The notes under the pieces: generated by a model
Seen by the model: only the letters and a program-made list of their open reading frames with translations
Database searches by the model: none
Told to the model about the DNA's origin: nothing
Program-made: the position numbers and the translations under genes
Shown here: piece after piece, positions 50,483 to 61,146 of the stretch
How positions within the stretch are numbered: position 1 is the first letter of the stretch
How the letters are laid out: each line of letters opens with the position of its first letter
From: Candidatus Poribacteria bacterium
Lineage (GTDB): Bacteria; Poribacteria; WGA-4E; GCA-2687025
Reading direction: 5' to 3'
DNA: 64,000 nucleotides
Assembly: GCA_016866785.1 (NCBI GenBank)
Contig: VGLH01000001.1
Coordinates: 7,356 to 71,355, forward strand

Positions 50483-51697
50483 ATGAGCCGTTCCGCGTTC
50501 CGTTGGTCTGCGATCCTCTGCCTGCTCGTGTGCGCACTCGGACCGACCGCCGCACGCGCGGCGTCCCGCGCCGAGCTCAACGAGACGGCAGCGAAACGGG
50601 CAAAGATACAGCGCGAACGAGAGACTGCCGACGCCGAGCGACGACGGATGCTCTCCGACGAGCGGAGCGTACTGGGTGTTCTTCAGAAGCTCGACAAGGG
50701 CATCGAGGTCGTGCGCCGTGACGTGGCTTCGGTGCGCAAAGACATCGCGTCCCTTGACGAGCAGATCGCCGAGTCCGAGTCCGAGATCGGCGACTTGACG
50801 GCACGCATCGACGCGCGTCGGCAGCTCGTGGCAGACAGGCTGCGGGCGAACTACAAGATCGGCTACTCGAACCCCAACGGGTTCGTGTCATTGGCTCTGC
50901 GCGCCGACAACCTGTCCTCGCTGCTCGTACGCCTTCGGTACGCGGCACGGATTCGGTCTCGAGACAACGAGATCATCGACGGGTTCCGCGCTGACGAAGC
51001 CGCTCTGCGCGAGCACAAGTCCAAGCTCGAGACGCAACAGTCGGCGCGCGTCGCTCAACAGGAGAAGCTGGAGTCGCAGCAAGCCAAGCTGAACCAGGAT
51101 AAGCGCGAGCGCAACGCCGCGCTGTCAGTGATTCGGCGCGACCGAGGGCTCAAGGAACGCGCGATACGTGAGATGGACGCTTCCATCCGCCAACTCAACG
51201 CCCTCATACGGCAACTCGAAGCCGCGATCCGGGCTGAGGAGGAGGCGCGGGGAGGCGCGAAGGGCAGCACCGCGACGGCTCCCTCCGTGCAGTCTCTTGG
51301 GTCCACCGAGGAGATCGCGCTCGCCATCCAGACCTTCGGCAGGATCGACTGGCCCGTTGAAGGCAAGGTGACCAGCAACACCAGTACCGCGCTGGAGGGA
51401 ATCACGATCATCGCGTCCGAGGGCGCAACTGTGAAGGCTGTGCTCGACGGCACGGTGGAATACGCGCAGTGGTTCAACGGGCTGGGATTCGGGAAGCTGC
51501 TCGTTCTGAACCACGGGAACGGGTACCGCTCCTTCTACGCACACCTGTCGGACTTCGCCGTCAACGAACGGCAGCGCGTCCGCAAGGGCGAGAAGATCGG
51601 AACGGTCGGGAGCACCGGTTCACTGATCGGACCCGCGCTTTACTTCGAGATGAGACGCCACTATCACGTCATCGACTTCAAGCGCATTGCGCGCTGA
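50483..51697 (+). CDS. envC: EnvC-like murein hydrolase activator (coiled coil + degenerate M23 domain)
   Basis: Signal peptide, long coiled coil, WPVEG...YAHL...LYFEMR with incomplete Zn ligands. Confidence 0.8.
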   Translation: MSRSAFRWSAILCLLVCALGPTAARAASRAELNETAAKRAKIQRERETADAERRRMLSDERSVLGVLQKLDKGIEVVRRDVASVRKDIASLDEQIAESESEIGDLTARIDARRQLVADRLRANYKIGYSNPNGFVSLALRADNLSSLLVRLRYAARIRSRDNEIIDGFRADEAALREHKSKLETQQSARVAQQEKLESQQAKLNQDKRERNAALSVIRRDRGLKERAIREMDASIRQLNALIRQLEAAIRAEEEARGGAKGSTATAPSVQSLGSTEEIALAIQTFGRIDWPVEGKVTSNTSTALEGITIIASEGATVKAVLDGTVEYAQWFNGLGFGKLLVLNHGNGYRSFYAHLSDFAVNERQRVRKGEKIGTVGSTGSLIGPALYFEMRRHYHVIDFKRIAR

Positions 51698-51749
51698 TCC
51701 ACCCGCGAGCTTGCCCGGCGTAGAGACGGGGGAACCTGTGTTGCGACCC

Positions 51750-53207
51750 ATGTGGCTTCCGGTGGCGGTGCTCTGTTCGATCATTCTGGCGACGGCGCGC
51801 TCGTCTGCCCAAGAGGCGATCCCCGAGGCCGCGAGCCCTGCGCCGGCTGCCGTCAGCATGTCCGACACCGACGGCACGAGACGCGAGCTCGGACGACTCA
51901 GCGAGGTCCTGGCTCAGGTACGGCAGAACCATGTTGACGATCCCGACGCGCGCCGCCTGTCCGAGGGAGCCATTCGCGGCATGCTCGCAGCCCTCGACCC
52001 GTACAGCCAGTATTACGACGCGGACGCCTACCAGAGCCTGCAAACGGACACACGAGGCAAGTTCGGCGGCGTCGGCATGTACATCGGCGTGAAGCAGGAC
52101 CGCATCACGGTCATCTCTCCCATCGAGGACACCCCCGCGTTTCGGGCGGGCATTCTCTCTGGGGACGTGATCTCCTCCATCGACGGAGCCTCCACGGTCA
52201 GTATGTCGGCTGACGACGCCGCCAGCAAGATGCGAGGGGAACCGGGAACCGAAGTCACGTTGACGCTGCTGCGCGCTGGGCGCGATGAACCGGTCGTCGT
52301 GACGCTGACGCGCGACATCATTACGGTCCGGTCGGTGAAATGGCATCTGATCCATAGCAACGTGGGCTATGTGCGCATCACGCAGTTCATGGAACCGACC
52401 GCCCACGACGTGGCAAACGCCATCGCCGAACTCACGAAGATGGGAGCCCTCGCGCTGATCTTGGACCTTCGTAGCAATCCAGGGGGTCTGCTCAGTTCCG
52501 CCGTGGCGATTGCTGGCATGTTCCTGAATGAGGGGAACCTGGTCGTCTACACTCAGGGGCGCAGCGGCAGAGAGGACTTCACCGTGTCGGCTCCTCTGCT
52601 GCACACGGACTTGCCGGTGGATGTTCTCGTCAACAGCGGGAGCGCGAGCGCTTCGGAGATCGTGGCTGGAGCCCTCCAAGCCCACCATCGCGGAATGATC
52701 ATGGGATCGACGACCTTCGGCAAGGCATCTGTCCAGAAGATCTTCCCGCTGCAGGAGGGCGATGGCGCATCGGCAGTGAAGCTGACCATCGCTCATTACT
52801 ACACGCCCTCTGGAGTCGATATCAACAAGGTGGGCATCAAGCCCGACGTCGAGCTGGCTGCGCTGAGCGCGCTGGAACGCGACATGTGGCGCAAGCTGCG
52901 CTCCAGCGATGCACTCAAGACGTTCCTGCAGGGCGAGAGCCCGGACCTGCTCAAGGCGATTGAGGCGTTCAAGGCTGACAACACCACCGATCGTCTCTAC
53001 CGCAAGTACCAAGCGTTCCTGAAGTCGGCATCGGAACAGAACATCGTCCTGAGCGAAGGGCTGATTCGGTTTGCCATCGCCTCCGAGACGGTCAACGAAA
53101 CCGACGACTTCGAGTACGACCCGCAGATCGCTGCTGCCATTGGGTACCTCCGAGCGTTCGATGTCTACCGAGCGCTGCGCCAAGACGGGGCGGCAGAATC
53201 GGAATGA
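51750..53207 (+). CDS. ctpA: S41 carboxy-terminal processing protease with PDZ domain
   Basis: LDPYSQY, DLRSNPGGLL, SASASEIVAGALQ, TFGK, YYTPSG; start approximate. Confidence 0.92.
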   Translation: MWLPVAVLCSIILATARSSAQEAIPEAASPAPAAVSMSDTDGTRRELGRLSEVLAQVRQNHVDDPDARRLSEGAIRGMLAALDPYSQYYDADAYQSLQTDTRGKFGGVGMYIGVKQDRITVISPIEDTPAFRAGILSGDVISSIDGASTVSMSADDAASKMRGEPGTEVTLTLLRAGRDEPVVVTLTRDIITVRSVKWHLIHSNVGYVRITQFMEPTAHDVANAIAELTKMGALALILDLRSNPGGLLSSAVAIAGMFLNEGNLVVYTQGRSGREDFTVSAPLLHTDLPVDVLVNSGSASASEIVAGALQAHHRGMIMGSTTFGKASVQKIFPLQEGDGASAVKLTIAHYYTPSGVDINKVGIKPDVELAALSALERDMWRKLRSSDALKTFLQGESPDLLKAIEAFKADNTTDRLYRKYQAFLKSASEQNIVLSEGLIRFAIASETVNETDDFEYDPQIAAAIGYLRAFDVYRALRQDGAAESE

Positions 53208-53227
53208 TGCCGTCTCACTGACGGATC

Positions 53228-54958
53228 GTGACTGTGCGAGTTTCGCCGTCGCTGCCTCGCGGAATGGACGGCACTTTGCGCGCCGGTGCCCGCGAGACCA
53301 GTGCACCTCAGACGGTCGGACTGCTGGCGCTCATCCTGCTCAGTGACCTCTATCTGCACACGTCCGTCCCCGTCGCTGCGGGTCCGGGACCTGGCTTCAT
53401 CGCCATGCTCGCCTGGGCTGCGGTCGTGCTGTGGAGCGCACTCATGTCCACGCGCGCCGCAACAGCGGTGGTTTGGCTGGCAGCCGCACTCAGCGCGGTG
53501 GTGTACGGCGTCACCACTCCATGGGCGAACGACATGGCGTTGGTCGCGGCGTGCTATGCGCCGGTGATCGGTACGATCGGCATCGCCGTTCACTCGCTGC
53601 GGCGCACCTACGAGCGCGAAACTCGCGCGGCGGCGGAACTCGATGCCGCGAACGCGCGAGCCGCCAAGACCGTCACCGAACTGTCGGCTCTCCTCGACGT
53701 GAGCCAGATGTCGGAGCTCAGCTTCGACCTCGGCATGCTCTTCCAGTCGTCTATGGCTGCGGTATCCCGCGCGCTACGTATGCACCGGGGCACGCTGGCT
53801 CTCTATGACGAGGCGACGCAAGAGCTCAAGGTGAAGTACGCGTTCGGTCTGACACCTGCGCAGATCGCCGCCGGAAGGTACCGTCTGGGAGAGGGAATCC
53901 ACGGCACGGTCATGTCCACCGGGCAAGCGATGGCGATCCCGAACATCGGAGAGGAACCGATCCCGCTGTCCTCTGGAGGGGCTCCCGTCGAAGCCCTCTC
54001 CCGTCGTCCGAGGACCGTCGCCATCCTCTGCATGCCCGTGAGAATGGAGGGACGTACGATCGGCGTGCTCAGCGTGGATCGCGCCCCTGTCGATGATCGC
54101 ACGCTGGGAGACGACGTGGGATTCCTGACCATCCTGGCGTCCATATTCGGGCAGGCGCTCCGAATCCAGCAGATGGTCGATCATGCCTTGCGTCAGGAGC
54201 GACTCGCGGCGCTCGGACAGCTCGCCACGAGCGTGGCGCACGAAGTGAGGAACCCACTCGCCGGAATACGCGGCGCTGCCGAGCTGCTCCAGAGCGACGA
54301 TCCGCTCCCGGTCTCGGATGCGCAGGCGTGCGCGTCGCTGATCGTCACGGAGGTGGATCGTCTCGCGCGCGTGGTCGAGCAGCTCTTGCGGTTCGGCGAC
54401 CATCGCCGGGGCGAGCGAGCAAAGCACGATTTGGTCGATATCCTTGACCGTGTTCTGACGCTCGTGGGGCCCGAGTGCGACGAGATCGGGATCGAGATCA
54501 TTCGGCGATACGGGGCGAACTCGACGTGCCTGGAAGCCGACGGCGACCAACTCGCCCAGGTGTTCCTCAATCTCGCGCGCAACGCCGTCGAAGCGATGCC
54601 CAACGGCGGAACTCTCATCGTCGAGGTGCACACCTCGCCGCGGGAGTCCGTCGGCGACGGTCGCGTCCTTCGCTATATCGAGGTTATCATTACGGACACG
54701 GGCGTCGGGATCCCACAGCCAGCACGCGAGCGTGTGTTCGACCCGTTGTTTACGACCAAGCGCAAGGGAACCGGTATCGGACTCGCCCTCAGCCGCAGAC
54801 TCATCGAGGAACACGACGGCTACATCGAGGTGCGCTCTCCCGAGGTCGGAGGAACCTCAATGGTTGTCACGCTGCCGTCGTTGGCGTCTGAGCCCAGCAC
54901 GGCATCGACGAACGCCGAGATCGGGACGCAACCGAACCACGGAGCGGGTCACCGATGA
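53228..54958 (+). CDS. Membrane sensor histidine kinase with GAF domain
   Basis: N-terminal TMs; GAF; H-box VAHEVRNPLAGIRGAA; N-box NLARNAVEA; DTGVG, FDPLFTTK, GTGIGL; start uncertain. Confidence 0.92.
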   Translation: MTVRVSPSLPRGMDGTLRAGARETSAPQTVGLLALILLSDLYLHTSVPVAAGPGPGFIAMLAWAAVVLWSALMSTRAATAVVWLAAALSAVVYGVTTPWANDMALVAACYAPVIGTIGIAVHSLRRTYERETRAAAELDAANARAAKTVTELSALLDVSQMSELSFDLGMLFQSSMAAVSRALRMHRGTLALYDEATQELKVKYAFGLTPAQIAAGRYRLGEGIHGTVMSTGQAMAIPNIGEEPIPLSSGGAPVEALSRRPRTVAILCMPVRMEGRTIGVLSVDRAPVDDRTLGDDVGFLTILASIFGQALRIQQMVDHALRQERLAALGQLATSVAHEVRNPLAGIRGAAELLQSDDPLPVSDAQACASLIVTEVDRLARVVEQLLRFGDHRRGERAKHDLVDILDRVLTLVGPECDEIGIEIIRRYGANSTCLEADGDQLAQVFLNLARNAVEAMPNGGTLIVEVHTSPRESVGDGRVLRYIEVIITDTGVGIPQPARERVFDPLFTTKRKGTGIGLALSRRLIEEHDGYIEVRSPEVGGTSMVVTLPSLASEPSTASTNAEIGTQPNHGAGHR

Positions 54959-56382
54959 CGATGCGCATATTGATCTGCGACGACGAGCCCTCCATCTGCT
55001 TTGTCCTCCGGCGCGCGCTCGAACGAGCCGGGTTCGAGACAAAGAGCGTTCATTCGCTCGCCGACGCCAAGCACGCGCTCCGTAACGACGCCATCGACCT
55101 CGCGTTCCTCGACATCCTCTTTCCGGATGGCAGCGGACTGGACGAGCTCCCGGCGATCCGTGAGAAGTTCCCGGACATTCCCGTGATCATGCTGACTGCC
55201 CACGGGACGATGCGGACCGCTCTGGAGTCGATGAAGCGGAACGCCTTCGACTACATCACGAAGCCCTTCGATCTCGCGTCGGTGGTGTCGCTGGCACGAC
55301 GAGCCGCCGACTCAGTCCAGGAGAGCCGCCGCCGGTCGGAGGAACCCGTCCGCGCACCTCTCGCCACGGAGGGCGACGAGATCGTCGGTAACAGCCCGGA
55401 GATGCAGGCGATCTACAAGACGATCGGTCGCGTCGCTGCGACCGAGGTCACCGTTCTCATTCAGGGCGAGTGCGGCACGGGCAAGGAACTCGTCGCGCGC
55501 GCTTTGCACGCGAACGGAAGTCGGGCTGACAAGCCGTTCGTGGAGGTCAACTGCGCTGCCATCCCTGCGACGCTGCTGGAAAGCGAGCTGTTCGGTCACG
55601 TCAAGGGCGCGTTCACGAATGCGGTGGCGACAAGGATTGGTCGGTTCGAGGGAGCCAAGGATGGCACGATCTTCCTCGACGAGATCGGAGACCTCTCTCT
55701 GGAACTCCAGACGAAGCTCCTCCGAGTGCTCCAGGAGAGGTCTTTCCAGCGGCTCGGTTCCAACGAGACGGTCGTCACCGATGCCCGAGTAATCGCCGCA
55801 ACGAACCGCGACTTGGACCGCGCCGTGTCCGAGGGTTCGTTTCGAGAGGACCTGCTGTACCGGCTCAACGTCGTACAGATCACGCTCCCGCCGCTAAGAC
55901 ACCGGCGCTCAGACATCCTCCTGTTGTCGGACTACTTCGTGCGCAAGTACGCCCCGCGCTATGGCAGGGACGGCGTGTCGATCTCCGAGGACCTTCTCAG
56001 CCGCTTCGAATCTTACGACTGGCCCGGCAACGTGCGGGAGCTTGAGAACGTCATCCATCGAGCCATCGTGATGGCGCGCGGGCCCGTTCTCAGTACTGCG
56101 GACGCGCCCCTGGTGTCCCCGGGCCCGGAACTCGAATCTGACGGCGCGATGGACCTTTGGCTCCGCAAGTGGACCCAGGACTACTTCGCCAGCGGGAGAC
56201 GCGGAACACTCCACGAGGAGGTCCTGGAGCGCATCGAGGGGCACTTGATGACCTACGTGCTGGAGCACACAGGCGGCAATAAGAGCCGTGCCGCCGACTA
56301 CCTGGGCATCAACCGGAACACCCTCCATGCGAAGCTGAAACGCTACGGGCTCACAGGGACAGACGACGACGGAGAGGATTGA
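54955..56382 (+). CDS. Sigma-54-dependent response regulator (NtrC family)
   Basis: Receiver domain; GECGTGKE, ESELFGHVKGAFTNA, FLDEIG, WPGNVRELEN; Fis-type HTH. Confidence 0.95.
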   Translation: MTMRILICDDEPSICFVLRRALERAGFETKSVHSLADAKHALRNDAIDLAFLDILFPDGSGLDELPAIREKFPDIPVIMLTAHGTMRTALESMKRNAFDYITKPFDLASVVSLARRAADSVQESRRRSEEPVRAPLATEGDEIVGNSPEMQAIYKTIGRVAATEVTVLIQGECGTGKELVARALHANGSRADKPFVEVNCAAIPATLLESELFGHVKGAFTNAVATRIGRFEGAKDGTIFLDEIGDLSLELQTKLLRVLQERSFQRLGSNETVVTDARVIAATNRDLDRAVSEGSFREDLLYRLNVVQITLPPLRHRRSDILLLSDYFVRKYAPRYGRDGVSISEDLLSRFESYDWPGNVRELENVIHRAIVMARGPVLSTADAPLVSPGPELESDGAMDLWLRKWTQDYFASGRRGTLHEEVLERIEGHLMTYVLEHTGGNKSRAADYLGINRNTLHAKLKRYGLTGTDDDGED

Positions 56383-56391
56383 CGCGAACCG

Positions 56392-58275
56392 ATGACAGCG
56401 ATGACTCGAAGAGCGGCCGTCGTATCGATCGCCCTCGCCTTTGCGCTCGCGCTGGGAACGACAGCGTCTGCGCTCACCGTGCGAGTCACGATGCCCAACG
56501 GAGATCGCCTGACCGGAGAGTGGCTCGGGTCGTCCGAGTCGACGATGAGCATTCGGCTCGGCGACGGACAGACGCTCGAGATGTCCCTCGACGGTGTCGT
56601 GGCGGCCTTCGGCGACGACGACGCCCCCATATCCATCGAAGCGCGCGCCAGGCTCGATGCGGCGCTCGACGCCGTCGCGTTGGGCATGGACACGCCCGCC
56701 GAATCCGCGTTCAGGGACTCAATCGCTCTGGCTCCGCGCTTTGCCCGGGCATATTACGAGTACGCCCGGTTCCTGGAGCACCATGGACGCGCGTCCGAAG
56801 CCTTTCAGCATTACGTACTGGCTGCTCGGTTGGACGCCAAGACGTACCGCATCGCCGACAAGATTCGCGCGGCGGCGGACGACGCGCTCGGACGCAAGGA
56901 CTTCACTAGCGCAGGACGAGCTCTACTGCAGTTCGCGCAGAGCTTCTCGAACGACGCGACGGCCCCCTCAGCGGCGTACGACGCCGCGCGCTATCTCGCC
57001 GACGGCGCGGACGCCTCGGAGCCGGGCGACGCCGTGCGCGCCGATGCGGAGAGGGCGCTGCGTTACGCAACCACGACGTACCCTGATCACGCAGCCTGCG
57101 ACGAGGCACGCCTTCGGCTCGCCAATCTCTACCTCACATGGAAGCAACCGACACAAGCGGCGGAGGTCGCGGAGGATTTCATCCGTCGTCGCCCCAACAG
57201 CCCGCGCATCGTCGACATGCATCTGGCTCTCGGGTACGCCCATTTGCAGCGCCGAGAGCTCGCCCGCGTGATCGAGGAAGCGCGTTGGGTGCTGCAGCGT
57301 GCAGAGGACCCGGACATGCAGGAGCGGGCCCGAACGCTGGCTGCGGAGAGCGCCTGGGTGGTTCAGTCGGTCGATGCGGGGTTATCCGCCGCGAGCGTAT
57401 TCTCCGTGCTCCGAGACGGTCGGTTCCTGTGGGTGGGGTCCTCGGGCGGCGTCGGGAAGTACGATGCCTCCGGGGATAATCTCACCTCGGCACCTGGCGC
57501 CCCGGAGGGCACGGCTGGCATGACAATCCGCGCCATCGCCGCAGACGACTCGGAAGTGTGGCTGGCGACCGCCAACAAGGGCGTCGTCCGGTACCGCCGA
57601 GACAACGGCAACACGGCGATCTACGGACGTCTCGACGGGCTTCCGAGCCACAGCATCGCTGCCGTCGCCATGGACGCCAACGAGGTCTGGGTCGGCGGCA
57701 CAGGCGGCTTGTCACGCCTGAACCGTGTCACGGGAGAATGGACGCCGTTCAGGTCGGGCAAGGAGTTCCCTGGTCAGGAGGTGACCGCCATAGCCTTGTC
57801 GCCGTCGCATGTGTGGGTGGGAACGCAGGGCAACGGCGTTCTGCGTCTGACGCGAGCGACGAGCCAGTGGGAGAGCTTCGGCGTGCAGACCGGCTTGGGC
57901 AGCAACTCCATCCGCAGCATGGTGCTGACTCCGACGGGCATCGTCGCCGCATGGAGCACATCCGACAAGAATGGTCTCTCCGAATGGAGCGAGTCAACGC
58001 GGCAGTGGGCGAACCAGCCCATCGGACCCGACGAGATCGCCCCTCACGACATCCGCGTGACGGCGAACTCAGGCACGCTCTGGGTCGCCGTCGGCGAGGC
58101 GCTGCTCTACAAGGACGCGCGCGGCAAGTGGGGGAGCGTCGACTATCCGTCAGCACTGCGCTCGGCTCGCATCTACACAGCCCTTGCGGACTCGTCCTCG
58201 GTATGGGTCGGCACGAGCGCGGGATTGGGAAGGCTCGACATTCGGGCGACCGGCACGCTGGGGAGCCTGCGATGA
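56392..58275 (+). CDS. Secreted TPR + beta-propeller protein
   Basis: Signal peptide; helical TPR-like region; repeated (L/V)W(V/L)(G/A)(T/S)..G blades. Confidence 0.75.
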   Translation: MTAMTRRAAVVSIALAFALALGTTASALTVRVTMPNGDRLTGEWLGSSESTMSIRLGDGQTLEMSLDGVVAAFGDDDAPISIEARARLDAALDAVALGMDTPAESAFRDSIALAPRFARAYYEYARFLEHHGRASEAFQHYVLAARLDAKTYRIADKIRAAADDALGRKDFTSAGRALLQFAQSFSNDATAPSAAYDAARYLADGADASEPGDAVRADAERALRYATTTYPDHAACDEARLRLANLYLTWKQPTQAAEVAEDFIRRRPNSPRIVDMHLALGYAHLQRRELARVIEEARWVLQRAEDPDMQERARTLAAESAWVVQSVDAGLSAASVFSVLRDGRFLWVGSSGGVGKYDASGDNLTSAPGAPEGTAGMTIRAIAADDSEVWLATANKGVVRYRRDNGNTAIYGRLDGLPSHSIAAVAMDANEVWVGGTGGLSRLNRVTGEWTPFRSGKEFPGQEVTAIALSPSHVWVGTQGNGVLRLTRATSQWESFGVQTGLGSNSIRSMVLTPTGIVAAWSTSDKNGLSEWSESTRQWANQPIGPDEIAPHDIRVTANSGTLWVAVGEALLYKDARGKWGSVDYPSALRSARIYTALADSSSVWVGTSAGLGRLDIRATGTLGSLR

Positions 58276-61115
58276 GGTGTGACGTCCGGGCGGCATTCGT
58301 TGCGGCGATTGCGTTGCTGGGTGTTGCGTCACCACTACCGTTGTCGGGACAGACATCCGATCGCGGCACGCAAGCCATCTCCCGCGATATCGACCAGATC
58401 CGAAAGGCGCGGCGGAACCAGGGGGAGCTCCACCGAGGTGTCGTCGACAAGTGGCGCGCTGTCGGCAAGCTCGCCGAGTTGCTCGCCGTGTATGAGAGTC
58501 AGAACGCCGCGTCGACAGACAACGCCTTCCTCGCCTACGGCTACGGCTACGCGCTCGCCCTTCGAGCGGGCGAGGGAGACCTCCAGCGCGCAGCCGATGT
58601 CTTGTCGCGGGCGTCTTCGCTGGACGCGACATTCGTCCTTGCGCGGTTCAGCCTCGCGGGGGTACAGCACCTACTGGGGAACACAGAGGCGGCTCTTGCC
58701 GCCTATAGCGAATGTGTGCGGATCGACCCCGCCTATGTGGCTGCCTACCACGCGATGGGTGAAGTCTACCGGTCGGATGGCGACTACGCGGACGCGCTGG
58801 AGTCGTACGACTTGGCGCTCGCCAACGCTCCTGCCGACTGGGCTCGACCTCACTACGGCAAAGGTACCGTGCTCCTGGCGATGGGCAGCCCCGCCGACGC
58901 TGACCGAGAGCTGACCCTGGCAATCGCCTTGGACAAGTCCCACGGCCCGTCGTACATGGCTCTTGCCCAGGCTCGCGCCGCCCTGGGACAGGTTCCCGAA
59001 GCTGTGGAGCTTTTCCGAACCGGCGCATCGCTCACGTCTCCAACTCGCGACAATCATTGGGGGCTGGCGCGGGCTCTTGCTGGGGGAAGGCATTGGGAGG
59101 AGGCGGAACGGGAGTACGCTGCCGCGATCCGACTGGACGACGATGCCGCCGAGTTACACCTCGAGTTCGGCGATGTCTTGTGGGCGCAAGCCCGTCGCGA
59201 CGAGGCGGGAACCGAGTACCGTACCGCAGTTGGGCTGGAACCGGAGTTGGGAAGCCGCTTCACGGATCCGGTGCGCGATGGGTTCTTCGCCGCGCGTGTC
59301 TCGGAGCCGGAGGCGCGCGATCTGCTGGAGAAGGCGCTCACGATCCGCCCCGACGACGCCTCGGTTCATGAGCTCTACGGCGATGTGGAAGCTGCGACGA
59401 GCCATTCAACCGAGGCGCTGGCGCGCTATCGTCGAGCCACTGAGCTCGACCCTCAACGTACGCAGGTCTGGGTGCGTATCGGCGATCTGCTGCTCGCCGA
59501 CCACGCGCTGAATGAGGCTCGGGACGCCTACGCACGCGCATCGTCGCTGTCTCCGAACCTCCCGGAGGAGTGGTCGCGAGCGTCAGCGGCGGAGCTCGGA
59601 TCGGAGCGCTACGCCGCCGCTCTCAACGGCTACGGGCGGTGTCTCCTGCTGGCTCCCGACGATCCGTCGTTGCGATATGGCCGCGCCCGAGCGCTGGAGG
59701 GACTCGGAAGGACCGACCAAGCCGTGGCGGCTTATGAGGAGCTTGACGCCCTTCATTCCGACTACTCCGATACGCTGAATCGCCTCGCCGGTCTGTACCG
59801 CGCGTTGGATGACCCTGAGCGGTCACTCGCCGTGCTCGACCGGATCGTGTCGTTGCGACCCGATGACGTCCCTGCGCTGCGCGAGCGGGCATCGCTGCTC
59901 AGGGAGTTGGGCAAGAACCAAGAAGCCACCGACGCCTTCCGACGACTAACCGCCGCCGCACCAGACGATGTCGATACGTTTGCGGCGCTCGCCGAACTGA
60001 CGGAGGAAGCCGACCCGACCGCCGCGATCCGTGCCTATCGACGAGTCACGGAACTGGCTCCCGACCGGGCTGGGGCGCACTTCAGCCTCGCGCGGCTGCT
60101 GCTGTCGTCGGGCGATGAGCAGGGAGCGCTGGTTCCGCTGGAGCACGGACTCGACCTGGAGCCGCGTCGCGCCCGCGAGCAGTTCATGCTGGGCGAGCTC
60201 CTCGCCAAGCGACGTGAGTTGGCACTGGCGGTCCCGCACCTCGCCATCGCGTGCGAGATCGAAGCCGATAACGCCGAATGGCAGGCGCTCCTCGCCCGAA
60301 CGGCTGAAGGAGCCGCGTCAGGCGATGTCGGCGACGCGAGCCGCGAGCGACTTTTGGAGATCGCTGATTCCGCGTACAGCGCTGCCATCCGCATTCAGCC
60401 GACCGCGTCAGCGTTGTTCCGGCGCGCAGTCTTGCGCCGGGAGCATCGACAGATCGGCGAGCGTCTCTACCTCTCCAGCGAGATCGCCGAGGACTTCAAG
60501 CAGGCGGCGTCCATGGACTCGAACAACCCGGATGCCACATACCTGTTGGCTTTGACGTATCTGGACATGGAATCGAGCGACCTTGCCGCGACCACGCTCC
60601 GAGACCTCCTGAAGGCTCGCCCGAAGTATCCCAACGCGAACGCCGAACTGGGGAAGCTGGCGGAGGCGTCGAACCGGTTCGACGAAGCGATCCGCTACTA
60701 CGCGCGCGAGATCGTGATCAACCCCAAGTCGTTCGCGGCGCACTACCGTCTTGGGTTTCTGAAGGCGAACTCGCAAGGCGACATGACCTCGGCGATAGAC
60801 CACCTGTCGAGAGCCGTCTCGCTCGATCCGAGCCATGTCAACGCGCACATCGAATACGGCATGGTGCTCTACCGCGTGGACCGCGTCGCGGGCGCGGCTG
60901 AGCAGTTCGAGATGGCGATCCGGCTGGCTCCGGACAACCTCACCGCCAACTACAACCTCGCCCTCATGTATCAGCTCCTGGGGAAGGATCGACTCGCCAT
61001 CGAGCGATGGCGTCACCTGCTGAGTCTCGATCTGCCGGGCGAGTGGGTCGGCGAGGCTCGCACGATGCTGGAGAAGCTAGAACGCTCGTCCAGCCGACCG
61101 GGATCGCGTCGTTAG
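58272..61115 (+). CDS. Large secreted tetratricopeptide-repeat protein (about 947 aa)
   Basis: ATGA overlap; signal peptide MRCDVRAAFVAAIALLG; many TPR units. Confidence 0.85.
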   Translation: MRCDVRAAFVAAIALLGVASPLPLSGQTSDRGTQAISRDIDQIRKARRNQGELHRGVVDKWRAVGKLAELLAVYESQNAASTDNAFLAYGYGYALALRAGEGDLQRAADVLSRASSLDATFVLARFSLAGVQHLLGNTEAALAAYSECVRIDPAYVAAYHAMGEVYRSDGDYADALESYDLALANAPADWARPHYGKGTVLLAMGSPADADRELTLAIALDKSHGPSYMALAQARAALGQVPEAVELFRTGASLTSPTRDNHWGLARALAGGRHWEEAEREYAAAIRLDDDAAELHLEFGDVLWAQARRDEAGTEYRTAVGLEPELGSRFTDPVRDGFFAARVSEPEARDLLEKALTIRPDDASVHELYGDVEAATSHSTEALARYRRATELDPQRTQVWVRIGDLLLADHALNEARDAYARASSLSPNLPEEWSRASAAELGSERYAAALNGYGRCLLLAPDDPSLRYGRARALEGLGRTDQAVAAYEELDALHSDYSDTLNRLAGLYRALDDPERSLAVLDRIVSLRPDDVPALRERASLLRELGKNQEATDAFRRLTAAAPDDVDTFAALAELTEEADPTAAIRAYRRVTELAPDRAGAHFSLARLLLSSGDEQGALVPLEHGLDLEPRRAREQFMLGELLAKRRELALAVPHLAIACEIEADNAEWQALLARTAEGAASGDVGDASRERLLEIADSAYSAAIRIQPTASALFRRAVLRREHRQIGERLYLSSEIAEDFKQAASMDSNNPDATYLLALTYLDMESSDLAATTLRDLLKARPKYPNANAELGKLAEASNRFDEAIRYYAREIVINPKSFAAHYRLGFLKANSQGDMTSAIDHLSRAVSLDPSHVNAHIEYGMVLYRVDRVAGAAEQFEMAIRLAPDNLTANYNLALMYQLLGKDRLAIERWRHLLSLDLPGEWVGEARTMLEKLERSSSRPGSRR

Positions 61116-61146
61116 CCGCATCGACGACCGCGCCCGCGACACGCCA

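Noticed and set aside
57558..58271. N-terminal 238 aa of the listed 1185-aa ORF
   Set aside because: Overlaps the real 56392..58275 gene in another frame; the true start is the ATG at 58272 with a signal peptide
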